From NCBI GenBank assembly GCA_963691875.1, contig OY829846.1:2176001-2240000 (forward strand): a stretch of DNA of 64,000 bases, read 5' to 3'. This document shows, piece after piece, positions 37,505-48,199 of this stretch. Each line of letters opens with the position of its first letter. Within the stretch, counting starts at the first letter, position 1. Origin of the DNA: Aureliella sp. GTDB taxonomy: Bacteria; Planctomycetota; Planctomycetia; Pirellulales; Pirellulaceae. A program made the translations under genes and the position numbers. The notes below the pieces were generated by a model. That model was not told the DNA's origin. It was given only the letters and a program-made list of their open reading frames with translations, and made no database searches.

Positions 37505-39418
37505 TCATCGCACTTGATTGTTCGTTCCCAGCAGCTCGTTCACGGCGCGGTTTGCAACACGAACGATATACTTATTGGGTTGGTCTACCATAGCGGCTTG
37601 CAAATCGCTCAGAGCCGGTCGCGCAGCCTCGTCGAGTTCATCCAGAGCGATCACCGCCGCAAGGCGCCCCCATTGGTGCTCACTGGCCAGCTCTCGCTTC
37701 AGAACAGCCAACCCCACACTGCGCTTACCCATTCGGCATAGTCCGCGCGCAGCAGCAATTCGGACGTTGGGAGATTTGTCGTGCAGTGCTTTGCGCAGGG
37801 CATTTTCAGCATCAGCACCGGCTGCAGTGCCTGTATTGCCAAGTCCCGTCGCGCCCCAATATCGGATAGAAGCATCGCTATGCCCGAGAGCTTGGAGTAA
37901 ATCTTCTGTGGCGGATTCTCCTTCGGATGCTTTCGCCGCCATTTCGACTAATTTCAATACCTTCGCTTCGTCACTTGGATCTTGCCGTAGGATATCAAAA
38001 CGAACACCAATCTCCTTCTCGCGAATTTCGATTTCAGCTTCAGGCATCAGACCAATGTCACGCACTTCGGATTGCCAAGCCAGGCATACCTGTCGAAGCT
38101 GCCTCAGCTTCGCAACATGTTCTGGGCGACTTGACTCGACGAGATTGTGAACTTCATGAGGATCAGCATCCAGATCATAGAGCTCCTCGACTGGCTTCGC
38201 GCCAAGAGAAAATTGTTTGGCCAGCTCTGGCAAAGTCCCGGTCGATTCGGCCCGACGAATCTCGCGCATCGTCGCCCCCTTTTCGGGCGTGTTCATGTAT
38301 TGGTAGTAGGGCTTGAGTGGTTCGAAGTTGCGAATGTAGCGATAGCGTTTGGTACGGACTGCTCGGATAATATCGTAGCGTTCATCCATTCGATCGCGCG
38401 CACCGAAGACGTACTGACGCTCTGGTGTGAGATCATCTCCGAGAAAAGCGCGGCCTTGCATGTACTCTGGTACCTTGACACCAGCTAGCTTGAGCGTCGT
38501 AGGAGCGAAGTCTACCGAGCCGACCAGCTCGTTGCTCGTCGCACCAGGTATTCCCTGCCCTGCCGTCCGCCACTTCTCTGGAATGCGAACAATAAAAGGA
38601 ATTCGCGTACCTGAATCGTAGAGCCATCGCTTGGCACGTGGCAGTCCAACACCATGGTCGGACCAAAAAATGACGATTGTGTCGTCCGCCAGACCGGCTT
38701 CGTCAAGTGCACGCAAGTGCTCTCCGGCCCAATGGTCCATGGCTGTGATCAACTCGTAGTTGCGTTCCCAATCCTCGCGGGTGACCTTGGTATCGGGATA
38801 ATAAGGCGGTAGAGTCGTCAATTCGCTGGCGTCCTGTCGCTGCTCAGGCTTGAGCACCTTGGTCACGGACTTATACTTGCTCTCGGAAGCGATCCCGCTC
38901 TCATGACAGCCGGTAAAATTGAAAACAGCAAAAAAGGGTTGGGCAGCCTCACGCTTCTTCCAATGTGCCTTGCTACCACTTTCATTCCAGATCGTTTTGG
39001 CGGATGGACTCCTGAACTGGTAGTCAGTCTTGCTGTTGTTGGTGCAATAATAACCAGCCTCTCGCAAGTAAATCGGAAATGGCTTGAGCCAATCCGGAAG
39101 CTTGGCATCGCAGCGCATGTGATGCGTTCCAATCGAGTTCTGGTACATCCCGGTGATCACGGTCGATCGGCAAGGAGCACAAACACCAGCCGCGGTAAAC
39201 ACATTGGTGTATCGCACCCCCTGCTCCGCCAAAAGGTCAAGATTCGGGGTGATCGCGTGCGGGTCGCCGAAACAAGCCAAGTGAGGACTGATATCCTCAC
39301 AAGAGAGCCAGAGTATGTTGGGACGATCGGCGGCAGCGACGACGCTGACTCGAAGCAGGACCAGTATGATCACGAGAAACGGTATGTTACGAGCCTGATA
39401 CCTGCGGAAGGAAATCAT
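37505..39418 (-). CDS. Formylglycine-dependent sulfatase with C-terminal HEAT repeats
   Basis: RPNILWLSCED, CAPCRSTVITG (CxPxR), SDHG, EELYDL..DPHE; HEAT repeats (IRYWGATGLG, VRIAAARGL). Confidence 0.92.
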   Translation of the reverse strand: MISFRRYQARNIPFLVIILVLLRVSVVAAADRPNILWLSCEDISPHLACFGDPHAITPNLDLLAEQGVRYTNVFTAAGVCAPCRSTVITGMYQNSIGTHHMRCDAKLPDWLKPFPIYLREAGYYCTNNSKTDYQFRSPSAKTIWNESGSKAHWKKREAAQPFFAVFNFTGCHESGIASESKYKSVTKVLKPEQRQDASELTTLPPYYPDTKVTREDWERNYELITAMDHWAGEHLRALDEAGLADDTIVIFWSDHGVGLPRAKRWLYDSGTRIPFIVRIPEKWRTAGQGIPGATSNELVGSVDFAPTTLKLAGVKVPEYMQGRAFLGDDLTPERQYVFGARDRMDERYDIIRAVRTKRYRYIRNFEPLKPYYQYMNTPEKGATMREIRRAESTGTLPELAKQFSLGAKPVEELYDLDADPHEVHNLVESSRPEHVAKLRQLRQVCLAWQSEVRDIGLMPEAEIEIREKEIGVRFDILRQDPSDEAKVLKLVEMAAKASEGESATEDLLQALGHSDASIRYWGATGLGNTGTAAGADAENALRKALHDKSPNVRIAAARGLCRMGKRSVGLAVLKRELASEHQWGRLAAVIALDELDEAARPALSDLQAAMVDQPNKYIVRVANRAVNELLGTNNQVR

Positions 39419-39597
39419 GTTGGATCCTGATTGGCAAACTTGTGTTACGCCGCTAGGCAACGGCTTGAGTGTGCTAGACTAAAGGCCAGGCCCTGAATTT
39501 CATCGAATCTTAGCTGACGCTGCGGGTTGTGTTAGAACCCGTCAACGCGCCCCTACCTCTGGCTACCAGTGTAACTTCTACTTCTCACGCACACATC

Positions 39598-41181
39598 ATG
39601 CACCCATTTCTGCTCCTTCGGTTAGCTGTTTTCTTCACGCTCTCACTGAGTGCTCTTCCATCATCAGACGCACATGACGTCAACGTCGATGCTTTGCGAG
39701 ACTACATTGAGCAAACGCGTCAGACTTGGGAAGTACCAGGTTTGGCCGTGGCGATTATCAAGGATGATAAAGTGCTGCTCAGTGCTGGCTTTGGTGTTCG
39801 AGAAGTCGGCAAGTCCGAAATGGTAGATGCAGACACACTCTTCGCCATCGCGTCGAATTCAAAAGCATTCACAGCAGCATCACTCGCGATCCTGGTGGAC
39901 GAAGGGAAGGTCGATTGGGATGACAGAGTCTCTAACTATTTGCCGTGGCTAAAATTGAAAGACCCGATGACTCGCGATCTGCGAGTTCGCGACTTGCTGT
40001 GTCACCGAAGTGGTCTCGGCACGTTTAGCGGTGATTTGCTTTGGTGGGGTACGAGCTACAGTCCGCGCGAAGTCTTGGCGCGAGCAAGAGAGCTCGAACC
40101 AGCCGCCCCTTTCCGCGCGAATTACGGCTACTCCAACTTGATGTTCTTAGCTGCTGGCTTGGTGATCGAAGAAGCGTCTGGGCAGCCCTGGGCAAAATTT
40201 GTTGAGTCCCGAATCTTAAAGCCGCTACATATGACGCGTACTGTTGCATCGGTTCGCGACTTGAGCAGTCAAGGTAACTTTGCTACCCCACACAAGACCT
40301 TGCTGGCCGTAGTTGACTCGTCGAGCAAAACGCTATCCAAGCCTCTGCCATGGATGAACTGGGACAACATGGCCGCCGCAGGAGGGATCATTTCCAGTGC
40401 GAACGAAATGTCGAATTGGATACGGATGCAACTGCGTCGCGGCAAGCTGGAAGGTGATGGTACGGGTGCAATCTTCTCAACCAAACAGGCACAGCAGATG
40501 TGGGCCATGCAAACACCATCGTCGGCCTCGGAGAGTTACCTCAAGCAAAACCATAGCAACTACCGTGGCTACGGGCTCGGCTGGTCGCTCTCCGACTACC
40601 ATGGTCACAAAGTGGTCTCTCACGGCGGGGGCTACGATGGCATGTACTCCCAAGTGCTTTTGGTGCCTGACAAAAATGTTGGCGTTGTCGTTCTAACCAA
40701 CAGCATGACGAGCATTAGCTCTCCGCTAACGCGACACATCATGAATCAGCTCTTGGGTGTCGACGCGAACGACGAAAGCCCCAGTAAGTGGAGTAGTTTT
40801 CTTCGTTCGAGAGAATCATTCGAAAGAAGGATTCACGAGCGAATTACAACAAAACACAAGGAAACTTCTCCAAGCCATCCGTTGGGCGACTACACCGGCG
40901 AGTTTCAGTGTCCTCTCTATGGCGACGCGAGTATTGGACTAGCAGATGGAAAACTTGTTCTCCGCCTGCATGCCAACACGGACCTCGTCGCCGAATTAGA
41001 GCACTTGCACTACGATACGTTCGTGATCCGATGGCGCAAAGAGTTTGCCTGGTTCGCAGAAGGCACGGCTCATTTTGTCGCGGACTCTCATGGTACATTG
41101 ACTCAGATAGAGCTCGATGTGCCAAACGAAGATATGTGGTTCTACGAATTGAAGCTGCGGCGAAAGTCGGAGCCGAAGTGA
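39598..41181 (+). CDS. Serine hydrolase (beta-lactamase/AmpC-like) with DUF3471-type C-terminus
   Basis: FAIASNSK (SxxK), LLCHRSG, YGYSN, YGLGW, HGGG; signal peptide. Confidence 0.9.
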   Translation: MHPFLLLRLAVFFTLSLSALPSSDAHDVNVDALRDYIEQTRQTWEVPGLAVAIIKDDKVLLSAGFGVREVGKSEMVDADTLFAIASNSKAFTAASLAILVDEGKVDWDDRVSNYLPWLKLKDPMTRDLRVRDLLCHRSGLGTFSGDLLWWGTSYSPREVLARARELEPAAPFRANYGYSNLMFLAAGLVIEEASGQPWAKFVESRILKPLHMTRTVASVRDLSSQGNFATPHKTLLAVVDSSSKTLSKPLPWMNWDNMAAAGGIISSANEMSNWIRMQLRRGKLEGDGTGAIFSTKQAQQMWAMQTPSSASESYLKQNHSNYRGYGLGWSLSDYHGHKVVSHGGGYDGMYSQVLLVPDKNVGVVVLTNSMTSISSPLTRHIMNQLLGVDANDESPSKWSSFLRSRESFERRIHERITTKHKETSPSHPLGDYTGEFQCPLYGDASIGLADGKLVLRLHANTDLVAELEHLHYDTFVIRWRKEFAWFAEGTAHFVADSHGTLTQIELDVPNEDMWFYELKLRRKSEPK

Positions 41182-41690
41182 TCGAAGGAGCGTCTGAGAC
41201 CTCCCCGACGCGCCGCGTCAGGAGATCGCAAGTAGTCTGGTTCTTGATTCTGCTTGTCGTTGCATGGTTGGCCATGACAGTGAGCCATGAGCTTGGTCAC
41301 ATTGTGGCTGGCGTATGCTGCGGTGGAACTTTAGAGAGCTACAGCCTGTCGCCGGTCACGCTGCCCTACAGTATCTTCAATCTAGATCCCTATCTCTTGA
41401 TTACACTCGGATGCGGTCCTTTGCTCGAAGTGTCTATGTCTTTCGTACTTGCTTTGACCTTTCGCAAGCGAGCATTTTGGTTCATCGCATATTTTTGTGG
41501 CCTTGCAAACGGACTCTACCTTGCCGTCGCCTGGGTTAGCGGCGACCGATATCTAGACACTCCCAAGCTGCTGGAGCACGGTGCTTGGCCAGCAAGCGTT
41601 CTTGCGTTCTGCGTAGTCACGATCATTGTTGGCTATGTCGGCTTTCGCCATGAGTGCCAGGTACACTTAGCGACCAGCCAACGAGGTTAG
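41178..41690 (+). CDS. Membrane protein with HExxH motif (M50-like peptidase)
   Basis: SHELGH within a TM segment, GP and ANG.Y motifs; GTG start overlaps the upstream stop (GTGA). Confidence 0.65.
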   Translation: MIEGASETSPTRRVRRSQVVWFLILLVVAWLAMTVSHELGHIVAGVCCGGTLESYSLSPVTLPYSIFNLDPYLLITLGCGPLLEVSMSFVLALTFRKRAFWFIAYFCGLANGLYLAVAWVSGDRYLDTPKLLEHGAWPASVLAFCVVTIIVGYVGFRHECQVHLATSQRG

Positions 41691-41787
41691 GCAGTCCGAG
41701 AGCACACCATGGGCAAATAAGGGCTTCGCGAAGATGCAAAAGCGAGAAGCATATTCCACGCGAGGGCCGCAGCAATAAGAGTCCGCC

Positions 41788-42789
41788 TTAGCGATCTACA
41801 CCCGACTTGGCGCCTTGCTGGACAAGGTTTTCTACCATGCTTCGATCAAAGACAGGGAGGTCGCCCGGCAAGGTGTATTTGATGGCCGCAGCAGCCGCGC
41901 CCCAACACAAGCAATCTGAAACCGGTTGGCCGTCCAGATGAGCGGATAGAAAACCAGCCGAAAAGGCATCGCCGCCCCCGAGACGTTCTACTTCTTGTGC
42001 GGCAAAAGCCGGTTGTGAGAAGAACTTGCCCGAAGAATCAATCGCTACTGCGCCATCGGATCCCCGCGTCATGATTACTGTTGCCTGAGGCCAACGCGCG
42101 TGTAGAGCATTCATAGCTTGCTCAACACTTGATACTTCAACCTGGTACAAGTTCACTGCATCGCGGGCTGGCAAGAAAACCAGCTCGGCCTGCTTGGCAA
42201 CTGAATCACAAGTACAGGCAGCCTCCTCTGCAGTCCAAAGCTTGCCGCGATAATTGACATCGAAACTGATCATCACGCCGGCAGACCGCGCAATTTCAAT
42301 CAACGCTTTGGCCGTTTGGCAGGTCTGAGTCGAAACACCAAGAGTGATCCCCGTAGTGTGTAAGCAGCGAACGCGATCGGGACTCAACAGCTCGGACGCA
42401 ATGTCTTCCTTTGACAAGCGGCACATGGCTGAATTAGCTCGATCGTAGTAAACCTGCGAGCCTCGCGGTGCACCCCCGCGTTCCATATAATAGGTACCGA
42501 CACGGTCCTCTTCGGTCCAGCAAACGTGGCTCGTGTCGACGCCATGTTCGGCGATTGCTTGCGAGATTTTTCGACCAAGCGGGTTGTCAGTAAGACGCGA
42601 AAACCAAGCCACTCGTTGCCCAAGCCTTGCGAGTCCGACCGCTGTATTCGACTCACTGCCGCCAACATGGGTTTCAATCAAGGTCGCTTGTTGAAATCGC
42701 TCGCATTCCGGCGGCGTAAATCGCAGCATGGTTTCGCCGATGGCGAGAACATCAAACCGCTGCCATGTTGCTTCTTGAGCTTGGGACAT
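41788..42789 (-). CDS. kdgK: PfkB-family sugar kinase (2-dehydro-3-deoxygluconokinase-like)
   Basis: GGSESNTAVGLARLG, YDRANSA, FDVNYR, GGGDAFSAG; next to eda. Confidence 0.85.
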   Translation of the reverse strand: MSQAQEATWQRFDVLAIGETMLRFTPPECERFQQATLIETHVGGSESNTAVGLARLGQRVAWFSRLTDNPLGRKISQAIAEHGVDTSHVCWTEEDRVGTYYMERGGAPRGSQVYYDRANSAMCRLSKEDIASELLSPDRVRCLHTTGITLGVSTQTCQTAKALIEIARSAGVMISFDVNYRGKLWTAEEAACTCDSVAKQAELVFLPARDAVNLYQVEVSSVEQAMNALHARWPQATVIMTRGSDGAVAIDSSGKFFSQPAFAAQEVERLGGGDAFSAGFLSAHLDGQPVSDCLCWGAAAAAIKYTLPGDLPVFDRSMVENLVQQGAKSGVDR

Positions 42790-42798
42790 CTGTGTGAT

Positions 42799-43461
42799 CT
42801 AGCCTCCTGAATGCCAGCTCTTTGCGGTCGTCACGTATTCTGCCGCGACTGCTCGCACTGTATCCCAGTCCCTGTTTGCCACTGCAACTTGATCGATCAA
42901 GTTACCGCCAACTCCGACGGCAGCCGCACCTGCATCAAAGAAGCTCTGCATGTTCTGAAGGTTTACGCCGCCAGTCGGAACAAGCTCCAGTTCAGGCATC
43001 GGAGCCAAAATATCCTTAATATACTTTGGTCCAAGATCCCGAGCTGGAAAAACCTTGACCATGCTCGCGCCAAAAGCCTGTGCGCTCGCGATTTCCGTTG
43101 GCGTGTACGCACCGCACAAAATCGGGATCTCAGCTTCAACGCAGATTTGCAGCACTCCGGGCTGAAATATGGGAGTGACCAGAAAGTCGACTTGAGCTTC
43201 GACTGCAGCTCGAGCCTGATCTACCGTTCGAACTGAACCAATCCCAAGTGCAGCAGATTCGCCTGAGAATTCTTCAACCGTTTCGAAAACTCGTACGACC
43301 GCATCCAACGCAGACGGGTTTGACAAGGTGAACTCTTGGACCCGAACTCCGGCAGCGAACAATGCTCTGGAGAGTTCCACTGCGCTCGACAAATCGTCTA
43401 AGCGAATGATCGCAACCATCCGCTCTCTGCGAATCAAATCAACTGTAGCTTGACGCATCAT
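42799..43461 (-). CDS. eda: KDPG/KHG aldolase
   Basis: VAIIR, FLVTP, GAYTPTEI, VKVFPA, VPTGGV. Confidence 0.9.
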   Translation of the reverse strand: MMRQATVDLIRRERMVAIIRLDDLSSAVELSRALFAAGVRVQEFTLSNPSALDAVVRVFETVEEFSGESAALGIGSVRTVDQARAAVEAQVDFLVTPIFQPGVLQICVEAEIPILCGAYTPTEIASAQAFGASMVKVFPARDLGPKYIKDILAPMPELELVPTGGVNLQNMQSFFDAGAAAVGVGGNLIDQVAVANRDWDTVRAVAAEYVTTAKSWHSGG

Positions 43462-43579
43462 TACAACTGCCGAAATCTTCAGCGAGTTCCAGAGGACCCC
43501 GAACAGGTAAAGCTCGGGCTGTCTCTGTATTCAGCGACCGGCCCAAAGGCTAACGGCCAACGGCTAACGCTGCTAAGGA

Positions 43580-43900
43580 CTAAGCTTCCGCTGTCTCTGT
43601 CACTTCCGCTGGGGCTTTCGTGCTACGACGGCGCCGTTTGACTTTGGCGTTGCTCCATTCCTTCGTGACCGCTTCGAATACTTCGGGCGATTCGTAGCGA
43701 ACGATGTTTTTGCCTTCAGGAATAGGGCCAACGAGTCCGCGGAAGACGGGCATGCCCCGCAATGCGAGGTCGGCGCTGCTGTCATCCACGCCAATCTGAG
43801 CATGCATTTCTAAGATAGGTTCTGGGGAGGGAAAATCCCGGATGCGAAAGGAGCCATCGCTGGCCCGGGTCACAACCCGATAAGTGTCTTTTTTGCTCAT
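43580..43900 (-). CDS. Small hypothetical protein
   Basis: GGAG RBS before ATG; folded-looking core (HAQIGVDD, GMPVFRGLVGP, VRYESP) and basic tail. Confidence 0.7.
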   Translation of the reverse strand: MSKKDTYRVVTRASDGSFRIRDFPSPEPILEMHAQIGVDDSSADLALRGMPVFRGLVGPIPEGKNIVRYESPEVFEAVTKEWSNAKVKRRRRSTKAPAEVTETAEA

Positions 43901-44258
43901 TCTGGTCTCCAGGGCATTGGAAAAAGATTGCCTGTGCCAGCAGTCGTGTGGCCGACATTGCTACTCGATGGAGCGGATAAGGATGACCGACTATGAAGGC
44001 AGATGGTCAAACGAATAGCACTGGCACAGGCAACTCTTAGAGGATCGGCTGACGGCGCGCGTTAGCTTGTGAAATTCAACGCGACTCACTATCGCGAGAA
44101 CAAATCCGATATCGGGAGTTGCTGGGATTGTCGGAACAAGCTGCATAACCCGAGAATCGCCGCAGAACAATGGCACCAGCCGGCCTTGCCCTCGTAATCG
44201 TCATACCAATCAGGGGGCGATAAACACGCCGGGATACACGCTACGCCGGTTGTGACAA

Positions 44259-45770
44259 TCAGGCCAACAATGGCTTCAAGACTTCGCCTTCAACGTCCGT
44301 CAAACGGAAGTCCCGGCCTTGGAAGCGAAAGGTAAATCGCTCGTGGTCGATACCCAAAAGATGAAGAATCGTCGCATGCAGGTCATGCACACTGACTGCA
44401 TCTTCAACCACGTTGACGCTGTAGTCGTCTGTACGACCATGAGTCATACCACCACGAAAACCGCCGCCAGCGGCCCACATGCTAAAGCAAGTACCATGAT
44501 GGTCGCGCCCGTAGGAATTCGCCTTGAGGTTGCCTTGCGAGTAAACCGTTCTGCCAAACTCACCTCCCCAAATCACGAGCGTGTCGTCCAACATACCTCT
44601 CATCTTCAGATCTTTTAGCAGAGCGGCAGTCGCTTGATCCGTATCCCGCGCTTGTTTGGTCACTTCACCAGGCACGTTGTTGTGCGAGTCCCAGCCTTGG
44701 TGGAACAGCTGAATGAACCGCACGCCTCGTTCGGCCAGTCTTCGAGCGATCAAGCAGTTATAGGCGTACTTGCCCTGCTTTCTCACATCAGGTCCGTACA
44801 TGTCGAGTACGTGGTGCGGCTCCTGCTCGATATCCAACAGATCGGGTACCGAAAGCTGCATGCGAAAGGCGAGTTCATATTGGGCGATACGCGACTCGAC
44901 TTCTGGATCCCCCACCAAATCATGTTGCTTGCGATTCAGTTCACCCAGCCGATCCAGCATCGTCCTTCGCATCGCTCGCGAAACGCCAGCCGGATTGTAG
45001 ATGTCTAGAACCGGTTCGCCGATGTTGCGAAATTTCACTCCTTGATGTCGCGAAGGCAAAAAGCCACTACCCCACAAGCGATCGTAGAGAGGTTGCCCAT
45101 TCTTCGCACTGCCTTTGGAGCTCATCGCGACAAACGCGGGCAAATCAGCGTTGTCTGTGCCCAGACCATAGCCGAGCCACGAGCCGATGCTTGGACGCCC
45201 GGGAATCTGTGAGCCAGTCTGCTGAAAAGTAATCGCTGGGTCGTGATTGATGGCTTCAGTGTGTAAAGAGTTGATCAGGCAGATGTCGTCTGCCATCTTT
45301 CCAATATGCGGCAGGACTTCGCTGATTCGCATTCCAGATTCGCCACAGCGCAGGAAGCGAAACTTGGAAGCGGCAACCGGAAAGGAAGCTTGAGCCGAAG
45401 ACATGGTGGTCTTGCGGTCGTCAGGATAAACAGACTTGGGCACTTCTTGCCCATGCCTACGACGAAGCTCTGGCTTGTAGTCCAGCAGATCCATCTGAGC
45501 TGGACCACCGGACTGAAAGAGATAGATGACACGTTTGGCTCTCGCCGGAAAGTGCGGAAGCTCAGGTACTCCCATGCTGGCTGGCGAGTCACCATCGACA
45601 TCAGAATTATCTTTAGCCGACGCAGATCTACCAGTGACTGATGCCCCACCGCCCATGGACGCCATCGCGAGCGTCGGAAGTAACATCGATCTGCGCGAGC
45701 AGGCGGCATGATCGGCCGCCACACAAGCAGGGCGTTTGTTTCCGGATGGCAAGTTGTTCGTCTGCGGCAT
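44259..45770 (-). CDS. DUF1501 family protein
   Basis: HFPARAKRVIYLFQSGGP, INHDPA, RRLAERGVRFIQL, GWDSH, WGGEFGRT, GRDHH; SRR Tat-like leader. Confidence 0.92.
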   Translation of the reverse strand: MPQTNNLPSGNKRPACVAADHAACSRRSMLLPTLAMASMGGGASVTGRSASAKDNSDVDGDSPASMGVPELPHFPARAKRVIYLFQSGGPAQMDLLDYKPELRRRHGQEVPKSVYPDDRKTTMSSAQASFPVAASKFRFLRCGESGMRISEVLPHIGKMADDICLINSLHTEAINHDPAITFQQTGSQIPGRPSIGSWLGYGLGTDNADLPAFVAMSSKGSAKNGQPLYDRLWGSGFLPSRHQGVKFRNIGEPVLDIYNPAGVSRAMRRTMLDRLGELNRKQHDLVGDPEVESRIAQYELAFRMQLSVPDLLDIEQEPHHVLDMYGPDVRKQGKYAYNCLIARRLAERGVRFIQLFHQGWDSHNNVPGEVTKQARDTDQATAALLKDLKMRGMLDDTLVIWGGEFGRTVYSQGNLKANSYGRDHHGTCFSMWAAGGGFRGGMTHGRTDDYSVNVVEDAVSVHDLHATILHLLGIDHERFTFRFQGRDFRLTDVEGEVLKPLLA

Positions 45771-45776
45771 CGGCGG

Positions 45777-48101
45777 CTATTCCTTCGTAAGCAACTCGTC
45801 AAGGTTCAGCACAAGCGAGGCGACGAGTGTCAACGCGGCGTGACGTTCGGAATCTAGATCTTTGTCTCGTGGGGACTCACCGACGGAAAGCAGCTCTTCA
45901 GTTGCTTTCGGTTCCGCTCGTAACTGAAGCTGGAATTCCTTATACGCTTGTAGCAATGTTTCGACTTCGTCGAGCTCGGCCTTTCTGCCCAGCGACAGCT
46001 CGACCATGTAGACGACCTGATCTCGTATATCTTGGCTCGACTCGAGGATACTTCGTTCGGCCAGCGCACGAGCGGCTTCCACAAAGGTTTTGTTGTTTAG
46101 CAGAGTCAGTGCCTGCAGCGGCGTGTTCGTTCGCTCGGTGTAAACTGAGCAGACTTCCCTCGCAGCGGCATTGAAGTTCATCATCGTCGGTGGTGGAATG
46201 GTTCGACGCCAATAGGTGTACAAGCTCCGGCGAAATAACTTCTCACCTTTATCTTGCTTGTATTTATTGTTTGAGAACGCGGCCCAGATTTTCTCAGGCA
46301 TATAAGGCTTCACTGATTCTCCGCCCGTCTGCTGAACCAACAAACCGCTGAGTGCCAATGCTTGATCGCGAAGTGCAAATGCTGAAAGCCGCAAGCGTGG
46401 GCCACGAGCCAACCAACGGTTCGCGGGGTCGGCTTGCTCCGCCGCAAGCGTCTGGCGAGATGACTGCTGATACGTCGCACTGCTGACGATCAGCCGCTGG
46501 ATGTGTTGCAGATCCCATCTGCTTCGCACCAGCTCCGCTGCGAGCCAGTCGAGCAATTCGGGATGCGTCGGCAATGCCCCTTGAGAACCAAGGTTGTCGC
46601 TGGTTGGAACCAAACCTACACCAAAGAACTGCTGCCAGAGTCGATTGACCGCGACGCGTGCCGTCAAAGGGTTTTTTGCCTCCAGCAGCCATTCCGCAAG
46701 CTCCAACCGATCTGCCGGAGCAGAACCATGCAACTGCAAAGCAGCAGGAACTTGAGGCTCAAGCAACTCAGACGTATCCGGCTGATTGTATCGCCCACGC
46801 CGAAGCAAGTAAGTCGCTCGAGGATCTGCTAATTCATGCATGACCATCACAGTCTTTGGTGAACCAGCCTGTGGTCGCTTTAGTCCGTTGCCAGCCGTGC
46901 CTTTTCGAGCCGCGCTCAACTTAACAGGATCCGGTACGATGGAATGATCTTCATCTGCAGCAAGTAGCGGCCAGCTCGGCGGAAGCTCTACGAAAGGTGG
47001 ACTGTTTCCGTTGTTGGGGCCAACGCCATGTTCGGCCACGTTATTGAAGTAAGCGAAGAGCTGGTAGTACTCTTTCTGCGAAATCGGATCGTACTTGTGG
47101 TCATGGCAGCGAGCGCAGCCCAGGGTGAGTCCAAGGAAAACGGTACCAAAGGTATCGACACGATCTACTACATTCTCGACGCGCCATTCTTCCGGGATGG
47201 AACCATCTTCGGAATTGATGCGATGATTGCGCCCGAATCCAGATGCAACTTGCTGCCATAAAGTCGCCTCAGGCAACATATCTCCGGCAAGCTGCTCACG
47301 AACGAATTGGTCGTAAGGCATTTTGTCATTGAAGGCACGAATCACCCAGTCACGCCATGCGTGCTGGTAGCGATAACGATCGTTCTGATATCCATCCGTG
47401 TCTGCGTAGCGAGCCGCCTCAAGCCACGGCAACGCCATGTGCTCGCCATAACTTCGAGAGCTCATCAGAGATTCAATCGCCCACGCTATTGCGACTTCTC
47501 TGCCGGAATCACTTAGTTGGTCTCGAAATCCCCGCCGAAGTTCTGGACTCGGAGGCAAGCCCGTGAGGTCAAAAGTCAGTCTGCGCAATAGCGTCTCAGA
47601 AGCCGCTTGATGGGAAGGCTGAAATCCTCTTGCTTGCATTGCCTTAGCGGCAAAAGCATCAATCGGATTGTTGCCCCAATCTGCGATGGCGGCTTTCGGG
47701 ACTGCTTGTTTCTTGGGAACGACAAACGCCCAGTGCTGCTGATAAGCTGCGCCTTGTCGCGCCCACTCGAGTAACTTCGCTTTCTGCAAGTCATTTAGCG
47801 GGTGCAAGGACTCAGGTGGCGGCATTTTCAGGTTGGGATCATCCGCTAAGACTCGTTCCAGCAATACCGATTGGCCCGACTCATCGAGCTCTGTGACCAT
47901 GGCTGCTGACTCGGCTAGATCCAACCTTAAGTCCGCTTCACGTGTCTGTGCATCTGGACCATGGCACTGAAAGCAAGCGTTCGACAGAATCGGCCGGATG
48001 TCCTTGCCAAAATCGAGCTTTTCCTTTGCGTGAGCAGCACTCGAGACTGCAAGGTAAAGCAGGCTTAGAAGACAGCACAAACGGGCTTTGGGAAAACGCA
48101 T
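45777..48101 (-). CDS. Planctomycete cytochrome c / DUF1549 / DUF1553 (PSD1) protein
   Basis: CFQCHGPD, FDLTGLPP, ARYADT, CARCHDHKYDP, NPLTARVAVNR, HPELLDWLA, TPLQAL. Confidence 0.93.
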   Translation of the reverse strand: MRFPKARLCCLLSLLYLAVSSAAHAKEKLDFGKDIRPILSNACFQCHGPDAQTREADLRLDLAESAAMVTELDESGQSVLLERVLADDPNLKMPPPESLHPLNDLQKAKLLEWARQGAAYQQHWAFVVPKKQAVPKAAIADWGNNPIDAFAAKAMQARGFQPSHQAASETLLRRLTFDLTGLPPSPELRRGFRDQLSDSGREVAIAWAIESLMSSRSYGEHMALPWLEAARYADTDGYQNDRYRYQHAWRDWVIRAFNDKMPYDQFVREQLAGDMLPEATLWQQVASGFGRNHRINSEDGSIPEEWRVENVVDRVDTFGTVFLGLTLGCARCHDHKYDPISQKEYYQLFAYFNNVAEHGVGPNNGNSPPFVELPPSWPLLAADEDHSIVPDPVKLSAARKGTAGNGLKRPQAGSPKTVMVMHELADPRATYLLRRGRYNQPDTSELLEPQVPAALQLHGSAPADRLELAEWLLEAKNPLTARVAVNRLWQQFFGVGLVPTSDNLGSQGALPTHPELLDWLAAELVRSRWDLQHIQRLIVSSATYQQSSRQTLAAEQADPANRWLARGPRLRLSAFALRDQALALSGLLVQQTGGESVKPYMPEKIWAAFSNNKYKQDKGEKLFRRSLYTYWRRTIPPPTMMNFNAAAREVCSVYTERTNTPLQALTLLNNKTFVEAARALAERSILESSQDIRDQVVYMVELSLGRKAELDEVETLLQAYKEFQLQLRAEPKATEELLSVGESPRDKDLDSERHAALTLVASLVLNLDELLTKE

Positions 48102-48199
48102 CAGCTCGAAGGCGGGAAGGAATCGAGGGGTGTGAAGCCTCTATTCTAGTTGATTCCTGCCTGGAGTTCACCTCGAAGTCGACTTCGCGAAAAGCACCA

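Noticed and set aside
43548..43568. GGCTAAC/GGCCAAC heptamer, three copies
   Set aside because: Too short; a simple intergenic repeat, not CRISPR.
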